59,221 nucleotides of DNA, taken from NCBI GenBank assembly GCA_964534375.1, contig CAZHPN010000009.1, forward strand, positions 1 through 59,221, read 5' to 3'. Each line of letters begins with the position of its first letter. Position 1 is the first letter of the stretch. Under the pieces are notes generated by a model that saw only the letters and a list, made by a program, of their open reading frames with translations, did not search any database and had not been told where the DNA came from. This stretch comes from an uncultured bacterium. GTDB taxonomy: Bacteria > Lernaellota > Lernaellaia > Lernaellales > Lernaellaceae. Shown in pieces: positions 27,838-37,942 of the stretch. The position numbers and the translations under genes are program-made.

Positions 27838-29667
27838 CTAGAACAGCAGGGCGAGCAACCCCCACATGCCCAGGCCGAGCGCGGCGAGGGCGTCGCCGGC
27901 GATCAGGCCGCCGCCGACGAGGAAGGTGGTGCCGATTTCCTCGGGCATCTCCTCGCCGGGTTTGACGGCGCGCTGGCCCCAGAAGTTGAGCGCGGAACAG
28001 ACCACGCCGCCGACGCTGAACCAGAAGACCGTTTGCACGTCGACGAACCCGCCGAACGAGAAGGCGTAGGGGCTGCTGAGCAGCAGCGCATCGACGGCGA
28101 AATCGACGGTCAGCCCGGTCCAGCGATCCGCGGTCTTGCCGCTGCGTTTCCGGCGGCCGAGGAATTCGCGGAAACCCCAGTTGTCTTTCAGCAATTTGCG
28201 CACGATTTGCACGACGACGCCGTACGTCAGACCGATCAGCAGGGCGTAGGTCTGATGCGGCTTGAGGTGGCCGATGTCTTCGAGGATGCCGACGATCTTG
28301 TAGGTCATCGCCGATTGCCATTTCGGCACGGTGTGGTGCACGGCGTTGACCAGCAGATCCGGGTAGGCGCAGAAGAACACCGAGGCCAGGCCCAGCGAAA
28401 CGACCGTGCCGATCACGACGCCGCCCCACTGAAAATGAAATTGGATATTCCGGCTGGTGCCGAGCCGCCGGCCGGTGGCGAGCGCCTGCTGCATGTCGCC
28501 GCCGACCGCGCAGCAGATCAATAGAATGCTGGCAGCGAAGAGGCCGACGCGCGGGTCTTTCAACCCGAGCGCCGACATCAGCAGCACGCTCAGAACGAAC
28601 GCCGAGGAAATCGGATTCGAATCCGAGATGCCCAGCGAAATGCCGTTCACCAGCAGGAACAGCAGCACCAGCCCGAGCGCGAGCGCGATGAAGCCGACCG
28701 GCTGCTGCAAGATGCTTGACGCCAGGGCGATGACGGCGATGCCCCAGAAGACGACCCAGCCGAGGTAGAACTTGAAGTTGACGCGCAGGTTGGGCGGAAC
28801 CTCTTCCGGCTTTTCCTTCATCGCGCCGCGCAGGCGCTGGATCGCCTCGTAGAAGATCAACGTCAGGTCGACCAGCGACGCGCCGAGAATCATCGCCAGG
28901 GCGATCAGAAAGCCGATCTTGCGGAACGGGTCGTGCGGCCCGATCCAGCCCCAGGCGCGCAACGTCGGCGTCAGCAACCAACCGATCGCGCCCATCGCCA
29001 GCGCCGGAATGGCGATGCGCTGGCCGACGATCATGCCCGCGCCGAGCGTCGACGCCGAGAAATCCCACGGCACGAATTTGGCCGTGACGGAGACGCCGGT
29101 CAGCACGCCGCCGGCGAGGCCGCCCGCGGCGCCGCCGCCGAGTTTCGCGATCGAGGCCTTGAGCAGCTTCGGGTCGGTCAGCGCGCGGATGATCGTCGCC
29201 ACCGCCGCGCCCGACGGATACGTCAGTTTGAGGCGGTCGACGAGCAAGGGCGTATAGATCACGCCCATGCCGATGCCGAACATGCCCACGGCGCAAAAGA
29301 ACACGCCCAATTGCCACGCAGGCGGCGGCGGCAGGCCCAGCCAGTGCATGGCCTGCACCAGCACGGCCATGCCACACATCGACGAGAGCACGCCGGCCAT
29401 CGTTTGCATGTAATTGGCGCCGTGCCGGCCCTCGGCCCCGTAGTGAAAAGTGATGATGCTGCCGAGAATGCCGACCAGCACCTGGCCGCCGACGAAGAAG
29501 CCGATGGCGAAGTTCATATAGAGCGCGGCCAAACCGCCGAGCGGCCCGAAGACGAGGCCCGTCACGGCAATCAGCAGCGCGTAGTATTGCCACGTGCCGA
29601 CGCGCGGCAACCAGCCGCGCCGCTTCCCGTCCGGCGCCTTATTGTCCTGCACGACTGCCCCCTGCAC
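27838..29667 (-). CDS. OPT/YSL-family transporter
   Basis: Highly hydrophobic 609 aa; ANYMQTMA, LTYPSGAAVA, GISDSNPISSA, GGDMQQ, GGGLIAGDAL. Confidence 0.85.
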   Translation of the reverse strand: MQGAVVQDNKAPDGKRRGWLPRVGTWQYYALLIAVTGLVFGPLGGLAALYMNFAIGFFVGGQVLVGILGSIITFHYGAEGRHGANYMQTMAGVLSSMCGMAVLVQAMHWLGLPPPPAWQLGVFFCAVGMFGIGMGVIYTPLLVDRLKLTYPSGAAVATIIRALTDPKLLKASIAKLGGGAAGGLAGGVLTGVSVTAKFVPWDFSASTLGAGMIVGQRIAIPALAMGAIGWLLTPTLRAWGWIGPHDPFRKIGFLIALAMILGASLVDLTLIFYEAIQRLRGAMKEKPEEVPPNLRVNFKFYLGWVVFWGIAVIALASSILQQPVGFIALALGLVLLFLLVNGISLGISDSNPISSAFVLSVLLMSALGLKDPRVGLFAASILLICCAVGGDMQQALATGRRLGTSRNIQFHFQWGGVVIGTVVSLGLASVFFCAYPDLLVNAVHHTVPKWQSAMTYKIVGILEDIGHLKPHQTYALLIGLTYGVVVQIVRKLLKDNWGFREFLGRRKRSGKTADRWTGLTVDFAVDALLLSSPYAFSFGGFVDVQTVFWFSVGGVVCSALNFWGQRAVKPGEEMPEEIGTTFLVGGGLIAGDALAALGLGMWGLLALLF

Positions 29668-29691
29668 GACGATCTCGCCGGCCGCGCCCGT

Positions 29692-32600
29692 TCAAAAGGC
29701 ATTGCCGATCGTCAAGTAAAACTCCTGCAACGATTCGCTCGCCCGTTTGTCGAGCTTGAAGCCGAGGTCCGCGCTGATCGGACCGACCGGCGAAAGGTAA
29801 CGCAAGCCGGCGCCGGCGCCCGAACGGACGGCGCGGACGTCGAAACTCTTGGCGTCGTCGGTGACGTTGCCCGCGTCGAAGAACCCCAGCACGCCGAGGT
29901 CGTAGACGCCCAGCGGAATGCGCAATTCGGTGTTCTGGTAGGCCATGAAATAGCCGCCGACGGGCGTCCGATTGTCGGTCCCGTACGGACTGACTTCGTT
30001 CTGGCCGTAGCCGCGCAGGGTGGTCGAGCCGCCGAGGAAGAAACGGTGGCTGATCGGGATGACGTCGCCGCGGTGCAGCACCTGCATCTGGCCGACGACG
30101 ACGTTCTCGGCGAAGACCCAGCCGGGCAGGAATTTCACCGCCTCGAAGATCGGCAGATACCACGACGAGCGGGCGGTCACTTTGAGATAATCGACCTGGC
30201 TGAGCAGCCAGCGCGCGCCGTAGTCGAGGCGGATCGAGTGGTAGGACCAGCGCGTGGGGTTGAAGACGTTGTCGCGCACGTCGTGGATGATCATCGGGCT
30301 GATCGTCGACAGCGCGACGCTGCCCTGCTGCTCGTCGGTGACGGCGGACGAGAGATTGTAGATGTAATCCTTCGTGTACTCGTAATAAAGCTGCATGGTG
30401 AACGGGTCGACGAGATTGTGGGCTTTGGCGGCCGTCTCGCGGGTCGCCGGGTTGTGGGCGGTCGCTTCGAGGAAGTTGAACAGTTTTTTCAACGCCACGG
30501 AACCGAGCAGGTCGACGGTCGTGGAGCGGTCGTCGTAGGCGATGTCGTTCAACTGCGCCGCGGTCAGGGTGATCGTGCCGTCGAGCGGCACGCGGGCGAT
30601 CCACGGCCAGGTGAACGCCACGGTGGTCGTGCGCTGATCGAGATCGAAGTGGTCGCTGGTCAGCACGATCGACTGCCGGAACGACAGCGCACGGTCGTAG
30701 CCCGCAAGGTTGCGATGGCCGATTTCGAAGGCGACGTTGTAGCCCGTGAACGTGTTGTAGCCGAGGTCGGTGGTGATGTAGCCGCTCTTGCGTTCGTCGA
30801 CCGTGACCATCAGATCGACGGTGGGCGTGTCGAAATCCGGATTGACCGGCGCGATCTTGACGCTGTTGAAAATGCCGAGCTGCACCAACGCCTGCTCCGA
30901 CCGGAAAATCTTCTCGAAGTTGTACGGGTCGCCCTCGTAGACGACCAATTCGCGCAGGATGATGTATTTCTGGGTGTCTTTGGCGCCGCGCACGTAGACC
31001 GCGCCGAAGCGGTAGAGGATGCCCTCGGTGAGCCGGAACGTCAGATCGGCGTATTCGCCGTCTTCGCTGAATTCGACGTGATCGCGAATGCGGGCCTTGG
31101 CGTAGCCCTTGCGGAAATATTCGGAGAGGATGAACGTCTTGGTCGGCTGCATCAGGAACGGGTTGAACGGCTGGCCGACCCGCAGGCATTCGGGCATCGA
31201 CTTGCCCATTTGCACCTGCAGGCCGCCCGGCGAAAAAGCGCCGACGCCTGCGAACGCCAGCGTGCGCAGCTTGGTCTGCGGGCCTTCGCTGAGCGCCACG
31301 TCGATGTCGATTTTTTCCGCCGATTCGTCATAGGTGATGTTGCGGTTGGCGACGATCGCCCGCAGATAGCCGTGCGTGTTGTAATAATTGATGACGTTTT
31401 CGAGGTCCTTTTCGAAATCCTCGTCGACGAACCAATCGCGGCGCGTCACCAGCTCGACCAGCGTCTTGTTGTCGTATTTTTGGTTCCCGTGGAAACGGAT
31501 GCGGCGGATCGCGACCTTCGGGCCCTTGTCGACGGTCAGGTTGATGGTCTTCACCGCCTGGCCGTTCGGCTCGACCGTCTGGCGGTACGTTTGCTTGACC
31601 TGCGCCGTGTAGTAGCCCTGCCGCTGGTAATACACCGACAGGCGCTTGACGAAATCGGCGACGATCCATTCGTTGAAGCGCTTCTGGTTGTCGAGGCCGA
31701 GCAGATCGCGGAATTTCCATTTCATCTCGGCGCAGCTGAAGCATTGGTTGTCGTAGAAGATGTCGACCCGCGGCCCGATTTTCAGCGGGAAGGCGATTTC
31801 GACGGTCGACTGCTTGGGGTCCATGCGCACCGATTCCGCGTCTTTGTAATCGACGTCGGGCACGCTCGCCTCGCGATAGCGCTCGTCGGCGAGCCAGCTT
31901 TTCAGCCGGGCAAGGCCTTTGTCGAGGTCGGTTTTGCGGAAGTGCATGCCGTCTTTCCAATGCGTCACGTGCAGGATTTCCTCGCGCGTGTGCACGCCGA
32001 GGTCCGCGCCGGTGAAGTCGAAGCGGCTGATGCGGTAGTCGTCGCCTTCGTGCACGCGAATGGTCAGGTCGGCCTTGTTGTCGACCTGCGGTTTGGTTTT
32101 GAAAACCTCGGTCGTCACTTTCGCTTTGAACCGCCCGGCGGCGGCCATCGCCTCGGCGACCTTCTGGCGATACTCGTCCAGGTTTTCCGGCCGGAAATCG
32201 TCGCCGGAGTCGATCCGCAGGATGTCGGAGAGCAGTTCGGACGGCGAGTACGCGGTGACGCCGACGACGTTGATGTCGCGCAACACGTAACCCGGAAAGA
32301 CGCGGACGTCGATCTTCACTTTGTCGCCGTCGGCCTCGCCGATGACGGCCGCGTTTTCGATGTCGCCGAGGAGATAGAGGGAGCGCAGGGTTTCGCGCAC
32401 GCGCCAGCGTTCCAGCGGCCGGCCGACGGCGATGTTGGTCGCGCGTTTGATCGGCCCTTGATCGAGGTAAAACGGCGCCTCGATTTTCAGCTCGCTGACG
32501 ATCTTGCCGTAGAACTGCTCGCTCGGTTGGTCGAGCGCGTTCGCCGCCGCGACGCTCCTGCCGGCGGGCGGCTTCGCGGCCGGCGCCGGCGTCGATTCGA

Positions 32601-32778
32601 GAACCGCGGCCGACGGCGGCGCCGGCTCCGGACTCGCGTCGGCGGCGAGGGCGATGCCCGTCCACGCCAGCGCGGCGAGCGCGATCAGCAAGATGGCGAG
32701 GCGACGGGTCAAGCGCGCCCCCGCGGCGGTCTGGCGGCGCCCGCCCAGCTCGGCGCGCCGCCATGCCGCATTCGCCAT
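29692..32778 (-). CDS. Omp85-family outer-membrane protein with multiple POTRA domains (TamA/BamA-like)
   Basis: POTRA repeats, RFFLGGSTTLRGY, ELRIPL, FFDAGNV, GAGLRYLSPVGPISADLG, C-terminal Phe. The start may be TTG 32712. Confidence 0.9.
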   Translation of the reverse strand: MANAAWRRAELGGRRQTAAGARLTRRLAILLIALAALAWTGIALAADASPEPAPPSAAVLESTPAPAAKPPAGRSVAAANALDQPSEQFYGKIVSELKIEAPFYLDQGPIKRATNIAVGRPLERWRVRETLRSLYLLGDIENAAVIGEADGDKVKIDVRVFPGYVLRDINVVGVTAYSPSELLSDILRIDSGDDFRPENLDEYRQKVAEAMAAAGRFKAKVTTEVFKTKPQVDNKADLTIRVHEGDDYRISRFDFTGADLGVHTREEILHVTHWKDGMHFRKTDLDKGLARLKSWLADERYREASVPDVDYKDAESVRMDPKQSTVEIAFPLKIGPRVDIFYDNQCFSCAEMKWKFRDLLGLDNQKRFNEWIVADFVKRLSVYYQRQGYYTAQVKQTYRQTVEPNGQAVKTINLTVDKGPKVAIRRIRFHGNQKYDNKTLVELVTRRDWFVDEDFEKDLENVINYYNTHGYLRAIVANRNITYDESAEKIDIDVALSEGPQTKLRTLAFAGVGAFSPGGLQVQMGKSMPECLRVGQPFNPFLMQPTKTFILSEYFRKGYAKARIRDHVEFSEDGEYADLTFRLTEGILYRFGAVYVRGAKDTQKYIILRELVVYEGDPYNFEKIFRSEQALVQLGIFNSVKIAPVNPDFDTPTVDLMVTVDERKSGYITTDLGYNTFTGYNVAFEIGHRNLAGYDRALSFRQSIVLTSDHFDLDQRTTTVAFTWPWIARVPLDGTITLTAAQLNDIAYDDRSTTVDLLGSVALKKLFNFLEATAHNPATRETAAKAHNLVDPFTMQLYYEYTKDYIYNLSSAVTDEQQGSVALSTISPMIIHDVRDNVFNPTRWSYHSIRLDYGARWLLSQVDYLKVTARSSWYLPIFEAVKFLPGWVFAENVVVGQMQVLHRGDVIPISHRFFLGGSTTLRGYGQNEVSPYGTDNRTPVGGYFMAYQNTELRIPLGVYDLGVLGFFDAGNVTDDAKSFDVRAVRSGAGAGLRYLSPVGPISADLGFKLDKRASESLQEFYLTIGNAF

Positions 32779-32817
32779 TCGCCATTCGTCATTCGCGATT
32801 CCCCGTTGGCCATTGCG
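32769..32817. repeat. Heptamer tandem repeat CATTCGC (4 good and 3 degenerate units)
   Basis: CATTCGC CATTCGC CATTCGT CATTCGC GATTCCC CGTTGGC CATTGCG at the tamB-tamA junction. Confidence 0.8.
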
Positions 32818-32827
32818 CGTTTCGCCC

Positions 32828-35800
32828 TTAGCGGAACGGGATCTTCAGTTGCACGCCCGCGCCGTAGCCGCCGCTGGCAGGCGCGTCGGCCTGATCGGCG
32901 AAGTTGCTCCAGTCGGCGTACACGCCCCAGATGCCCAGAAAGTCGTAATTCACCATCGTCTTGAGCGTCGGGTCGGAAACGCTGCGCAGCAGCGAAACCG
33001 ACAGGTTCTTGGCGACCGTTTTCGACGCTTTGAAGAACGGCGTGCCGGTGGAGTTGTCGACGCTCAGGTCGAGGCCGGTGTACGTCGAGAACTGGCTGCC
33101 GAGCAATTGTTGCGCCGCGGCGGCCAGCACCTGGTCGCTGTTGACGTTCGAGCCGCTGGCCTGAAATTCGCTGACCGAGACGCCGACGGTCAGCAGCGCG
33201 ACGATGTCCTGCTCGTTGTGCGGCGGGTCAGAGGACAAGGCGACCGTGTAGTTTTCGGGCGTGCCCGAGACGTTGACGTAAATTTTGATGTCCTTCACGT
33301 CGGTCCGCGCATTGATGTCGAAAACCGGCGCAATCCGCGATTCGTCGATGAACTGAATCGCGGCGTTGGTCACCGCGTAATCGTTGTTCCAGACCAGCGC
33401 GTGGCCCTTGATCACCTCCACCGTGCCGATCAGACCCGTTTCCAGGTTGTTGCCGGAGAGCAGCAGATCGGCCTTGCTCTCGATCTGCGCGACGTTGTTC
33501 TCGAAACTGAGCCCGCGATCGCCGCGAATGCCGACGCTGAAATAGACCGCCGGCTCGCGCTCCTTTTGGAAGATCGCCGAACCGGTCGCGCCGCTGCGCG
33601 GGGCCTGCAGCATTTTCAGGATCTGCGGCAGATCGATGTCGTAGGTGACCGTCGCGCGGGTGATGTCGGCGTCGCCCGAGACGTCGAGCTTGCCGTCGTG
33701 CCGCGTGGTGACGAGCAAATCGACCTTGTTGATCGTCACGTCCAAATAGGGATCGTAACCCGTATGGATCTTGGTCGCCTTGAAAAACAGGTCCGCCTGA
33801 TCGTGCGGCTTCTGCTTCTTGCCGACCGCCGCCGCCGGGCCGGCCGCCTCCGGTTCCGGACTCGCCTCGCCGGCCGGCGCTTGCGGGGCCGCCGCGGCGA
33901 CCGACGCGAGCTTGTACGTGCCGCCGCCCTGCACCACGCCGCCGCCGAACGCGGCGGTCAGTTTCTGGATCGTGGCCACGCGCTTTTCGAAGCGCGCCGC
34001 GAAGTTCAGATTTTCGATCGGCGACGGCACGTTTTGAATGACGACCGTCCCGTTGACGATCGCGGCGTCGGCCGTGATCTTGTCGAGATCGAAAGCCACG
34101 GGAATCTCGGCCTGTAATTTCAGCTTGCCCGCCGCTTCGGCCAACGCCGGCACGAAGGCCGCGGCGATGCTGACATCCACGTCGCCGGCCAGCGCCAGGT
34201 AGGGCTCGCCGCCGACCTGTTTGTCGGTGACGTGCAAGCGGATGCCGGCGCCGCCGAGTGCGAACGAGCCTACGGTCAATTTGCCGCCGGCGTAGTGAAT
34301 CTCCACCGGTGTCAACCGGCCCGCCTCGTTTTGATTGCGCACCTGGAACTGATTCTGCTGGAACAGCACTTCGGCGAGGCGCAAATCCATGGTCTGCACG
34401 AGCCCGGACGTTGTTTTGTCGTCGGCGCCCGCCGCCGGCGGGTGCAGCGATCCCGCGACCTCCGCCGCGCCGTCGAGGTAGCCGCGCAGCACATCTTCGG
34501 CCGTCGCGTTGGCGGCCTGCCGCACCGGCCGCCTCCGCGAACGGGTCTTGACCCGGCGGCTGATCCGCGACGGCGTGTTGAGAAAATCCGAGTAATCGAC
34601 CTTGTCGAAGATCAGCTTCGCGGTGAACGGCATGTCGCCCGCGAGACCGAGCGTGCCCGCGATTTTGATCGATCCCAGGTTTCCGCCGGGCTTCGGCGCG
34701 GCGGGCTGCGCGGCCGGCGGCTTGGCGGCGCCGGGGCCGAAGTCGGCGTCGGGCGGGCTCTGGTCGTCATCGTCATCGCCGGCTGCGGCGTCGTCATCGT
34801 CGTCGTCGGCCGCGGCCGCATCGTCGTTGTCGTCGTCGTCGGTCGGCGCGGTTTTCGGCGGCGCCGGCGCGGCCGGCGCGGCGGGCTGGCCCGCGGCTTC
34901 CGCGCGCCGCGCGGCGAGCAATTCGCCGGTGACGATCGCCTGTTCGTTTTGGAACTTGATCGCGATCGTCGAGTTGCCGAAGTTCATATCCTGATATCGC
35001 CCGCCGGCGACGGCCAGCGTGAGTTCGCCGGCGGGATTCGCGAACGTGCCGTTCAGGTCGGCGTTGAGGTCGACATCCGCCATCGCCGGGATATGGTTCT
35101 TGGCGATGTAGTCGCTGGCCATTTCGGTGAGGTTCTTGGTGCGTAGCTTGACGTTGAAGGTCTTGGCGAACGGGTTCACGACGCCGGTCACGGTCAGGCT
35201 CGCCGGCTCCTTTTCGGCGGCGGTCGCCTTTTCGTCCGGCCGGCTTTTCCAGACGCCGTATTCGATCGTCGGCCGGATGCCGCGCGCTTTCTCGAGCGAG
35301 AGATCGTCGATCTGCACGTCGCCGTTTTGCAGGCGCGCCGCCAGGTTCACCGCTTTGACTTGTTCGTCGTACGCCGCCAGGTCCGCCGCCTTGAATGCGA
35401 CCGCGCCGTTGAGATGCTCGACGGGGCCGTTGACGTCCGCGGTCAGCGAGGCGCGGCCGGTCAGCGGGAACTTCTTTTCCAGGCCGGCCATCTTCAGCAA
35501 TTCGGCGATCGGCGTTTCGGGCAACGAGATCCTCGCCTCGACCAGCGGCTCCGCGGGTTTCATGTCATACGCGCCGTCGAGCCGCAGCGTCGTCGTCGCC
35601 GTTTTCGCCGCGAGCCCCGTGACCGTCGCGCGCTTGTTCTCCAGACCCACGTCGGCGGTCAACGACGCCAGCTTCGCCTGATCGAAAAGCAGGTCGGCGA
35701 ACTCGAGCCGGCCGGCGATCGTCGGGTTCTTCAACGCCCCGCCGATGGTCGCGTCGACCCGCCCGTGGCCGCCGGTTTCCTTGCCGGCGAGGCCCTTGAA

Positions 35801-37447
35801 TTCCGCCAAGTCGGCGAATTCCGCCGTCGCCTGCACGTTGGCGCGGCCGGCGAACGCCGCCGTGCCGTGCGCGGCGATATTCGTGTGCGCCGTGGCGACG
35901 GTGAGCGAGTCGATCCGCGCCGCGTCGGAATGGACGGCGCCTTTCAACGAAACGGTCGCCGTGGGCAGTTCCACGCCAACAGCCTCGATTTCGTTGGCGA
36001 CGATCGTCAATTGGCGGATCTCGTTGTTCACCGCCGCGGCGCCCCCCGCGCGGCCGATATCCGTCGTCGCATCCAGATTGATCGCCGCGGTTTTCACACG
36101 CACCTGGTCGGCGTACCCGGCCTCTTGCAGGCGCACGTCGCCGCGGGCGTTCATCTTGAACGGCGTCAGGTCACCGGCGGCCGACAGGTCGGCGCCGACG
36201 ACGCCGGCGACGGGGATGTTCTTCAAGCCGAACTGCCGCAACGCCTCGCCGACGTTCACCCCGGCGAGCTTCACGTCGGCAATGACCGGCAGCGTGTCGG
36301 AGAACGTCAGATGCGCGCTGACGCGCGCCTCGCCGCCGGCCGTCTCGACGTGCAGCGCGGAAACCTCGGCCTGGTCCTCGTCGACGCTGAAGTCGGTTTG
36401 GAAATTGCGGACCGGCAGTTGGTTGACCGCGCCTTCCTTGATCGCCAGACCGCCCTTGCCCCAATACGAAACGGCGTCGCCGGTGAGCCGCACGCCGCCG
36501 TCGACAACCAGGTCGAACGGCCCGCGCAGTTGCAGGTCGCCGGGTTTGTTCAACACGACCTGGTTGACCTTGCGCAGGTCCGATTCCACCTCGAGATGCG
36601 CCGTCGTTTCGAGATCGTCGAGCAGATCCTCCGCTTTCGCCGTGCCGTGCAGGGTGAGATCGGGCAAGGCAAGCTCGATGCGCGGGACCTGCGCGTCCCA
36701 ATTCTGCAAGTTGCAACGAGCGTCGATCGCCAGGGTCTGCACCTGCTCGGCCAGGCTGTCGCCGAGGCGGAAATCGACGCCGGCGATGCGCACCGCAGCG
36801 TCGGAATCGCCCGAATTGAGGTCGGCGTGGGCTTCGACGTGCACCGTGTCGACGCCGATGTGCAGCGGCGTCGACGGCCGCGGGTCGGGGTTGTCCTCGG
36901 TCGCCGGCGGCTTGGTCGCGGGGATGTCCATCGCGAATTTCGCGTCCACGGTGACGCGTTCGGCGACGATCGGCAGCTTGAGGCGGAACACGGGCCCCGG
37001 CGGCTTCTTCGGTTTCGGCGGCGAAGGGCAGATTGGCAGATTCTCCACGCCGTCGTTGATGTAGAGGTAATTCTCGGCGCCTTCGATGGCGATTTCGCTC
37101 ACCACGACCTGGCCGCGCAGCAAGGGCAACGTTTTCGCTTTGATCAGCAGATGTTCCAGCCGCGCGAACGGCTTGCCGTATTTCTCGGTTGGGTCGGTGT
37201 ACTTCGCGCCGGTGATTTCCAGGCGGAACGGCAACAGCCGCAGGCGGAATTTTTGCACTTCGATTTTGGCGCAGATCGCTTTTTCCACGGGCGGCAGCGC
37301 CGTGTCGAGGGCGATACGCATGAACCATTCGGAGTCGAGCAGGAAGTTGAGCGCAACCAGCAGCAGGAGGACGAAGCCGATAACGCCGCCGACGAGATAA
37401 CCGAGAAACTTGAATAGTTTCCCTATGATTCTGGCGGCTCGCGGCAT
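32828..37447 (-). CDS. tamB: Translocation and assembly module TamB (AsmA-like, C-terminal DUF490)
   Basis: N-terminal TM anchor, long beta-rich body, C-terminal LSSDPP..EQDIVALL; directly upstream of the Omp85 gene. Confidence 0.85.
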   Translation of the reverse strand: MPRAARIIGKLFKFLGYLVGGVIGFVLLLLVALNFLLDSEWFMRIALDTALPPVEKAICAKIEVQKFRLRLLPFRLEITGAKYTDPTEKYGKPFARLEHLLIKAKTLPLLRGQVVVSEIAIEGAENYLYINDGVENLPICPSPPKPKKPPGPVFRLKLPIVAERVTVDAKFAMDIPATKPPATEDNPDPRPSTPLHIGVDTVHVEAHADLNSGDSDAAVRIAGVDFRLGDSLAEQVQTLAIDARCNLQNWDAQVPRIELALPDLTLHGTAKAEDLLDDLETTAHLEVESDLRKVNQVVLNKPGDLQLRGPFDLVVDGGVRLTGDAVSYWGKGGLAIKEGAVNQLPVRNFQTDFSVDEDQAEVSALHVETAGGEARVSAHLTFSDTLPVIADVKLAGVNVGEALRQFGLKNIPVAGVVGADLSAAGDLTPFKMNARGDVRLQEAGYADQVRVKTAAINLDATTDIGRAGGAAAVNNEIRQLTIVANEIEAVGVELPTATVSLKGAVHSDAARIDSLTVATAHTNIAAHGTAAFAGRANVQATAEFADLAEFKGLAGKETGGHGRVDATIGGALKNPTIAGRLEFADLLFDQAKLASLTADVGLENKRATVTGLAAKTATTTLRLDGAYDMKPAEPLVEARISLPETPIAELLKMAGLEKKFPLTGRASLTADVNGPVEHLNGAVAFKAADLAAYDEQVKAVNLAARLQNGDVQIDDLSLEKARGIRPTIEYGVWKSRPDEKATAAEKEPASLTVTGVVNPFAKTFNVKLRTKNLTEMASDYIAKNHIPAMADVDLNADLNGTFANPAGELTLAVAGGRYQDMNFGNSTIAIKFQNEQAIVTGELLAARRAEAAGQPAAPAAPAPPKTAPTDDDDNDDAAAADDDDDDAAAGDDDDDQSPPDADFGPGAAKPPAAQPAAPKPGGNLGSIKIAGTLGLAGDMPFTAKLIFDKVDYSDFLNTPSRISRRVKTRSRRRPVRQAANATAEDVLRGYLDGAAEVAGSLHPPAAGADDKTTSGLVQTMDLRLAEVLFQQNQFQVRNQNEAGRLTPVEIHYAGGKLTVGSFALGGAGIRLHVTDKQVGGEPYLALAGDVDVSIAAAFVPALAEAAGKLKLQAEIPVAFDLDKITADAAIVNGTVVIQNVPSPIENLNFAARFEKRVATIQKLTAAFGGGVVQGGGTYKLASVAAAAPQAPAGEASPEPEAAGPAAAVGKKQKPHDQADLFFKATKIHTGYDPYLDVTINKVDLLVTTRHDGKLDVSGDADITRATVTYDIDLPQILKMLQAPRSGATGSAIFQKEREPAVYFSVGIRGDRGLSFENNVAQIESKADLLLSGNNLETGLIGTVEVIKGHALVWNNDYAVTNAAIQFIDESRIAPVFDINARTDVKDIKIYVNVSGTPENYTVALSSDPPHNEQDIVALLTVGVSVSEFQASGSNVNSDQVLAAAAQQLLGSQFSTYTGLDLSVDNSTGTPFFKASKTVAKNLSVSLLRSVSDPTLKTMVNYDFLGIWGVYADWSNFADQADAPASGGYGAGVQLKIPFR

Positions 37448-37616
37448 GGCGTTCCCGTCAGGGCGGGGCGATCCCCGGCCCGGTTCGTCGCCTCGGTCGC
37501 GGACGGCCTGTCGACCGGGCCGCGGGGCTCGTCATCCCGGCCAGGACGGCCATCCGCACAGCGGGCAGCGCAACGCGCCGAGGCCCACGCGGTTGATCTC
37601 CCGGATGATTGCGGCG

Positions 37617-37649
37617 AGGGCCTCGATCCGGCGCCCGAATCGAGGCCCT
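37617..37649 (-). other. 11-bp stem hairpin immediately downstream of the tRNA
   Basis: AGGGCCTCGAT...ATCGAGGCCCT. No U-tract, so a terminator role is uncertain. Confidence 0.45.
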
Positions 37650-37658
37650 GCCAGGCAA

Positions 37659-37731
37659 AGCGGGCAACGGGGTTCGAACCCGCGACACCAAGCTTGGGAA
37701 GCTTGTACTCTACCAACTGAGCTATGCCCGC
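37659..37731 (-). tRNA. tRNA-Gly (anticodon CCC), CCA not encoded
   Basis: GCGGGCA acceptor stem, D-arm GCTCAGTTGGTAGAGT, anticodon arm CAAGC-TTCCCAA-GCTTG, T-arm GCGGGTTCGAACCCCGT. Confidence 0.97.
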
Positions 37732-37828
37732 CCGCGATCCCCCGGCCGGCGGCGGCGCGGGCCGCTGCTCCAGGCTGTCTGCCTGGGAGGCCTGCCGCCG
37801 TCCAACGTTCGGATCGGAACCGCTTCTA

Positions 37829-37856
37829 TCCATAGCTTAAGGCGCGGAATTGTCAA
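37829..37856 (-). promoter_or_regulatory. Putative sigma70 promoter for tRNA-Gly/tamB
   Basis: TTGACA, 16 nt, TATGGA (imperfect -10). Confidence 0.4.
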
Positions 37857-37942
37857 GACGAGAGATGCGCCGGCGGGGCCGGCGAATTACTTCGCGCCGG
37901 CCGGCCGTGCAGCGGCGATGCTCGCCATCGCCGTCCGGGCTG

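Noticed and set aside
28933..32964. 1343-aa plus-strand ORF
   Set aside because: Antisense shadow of the Omp85 and OPT genes, expected from high-GC codon bias; no recognisable motifs.
35327..37417. 696-aa and 439-aa plus-strand ORFs
   Set aside because: Antisense to tamB; no motifs or RBS.
37659..37731. tRNA-Gly as an integration site of an island
   Set aside because: No integrase nearby and no duplicated tRNA 3' end seen in the window.
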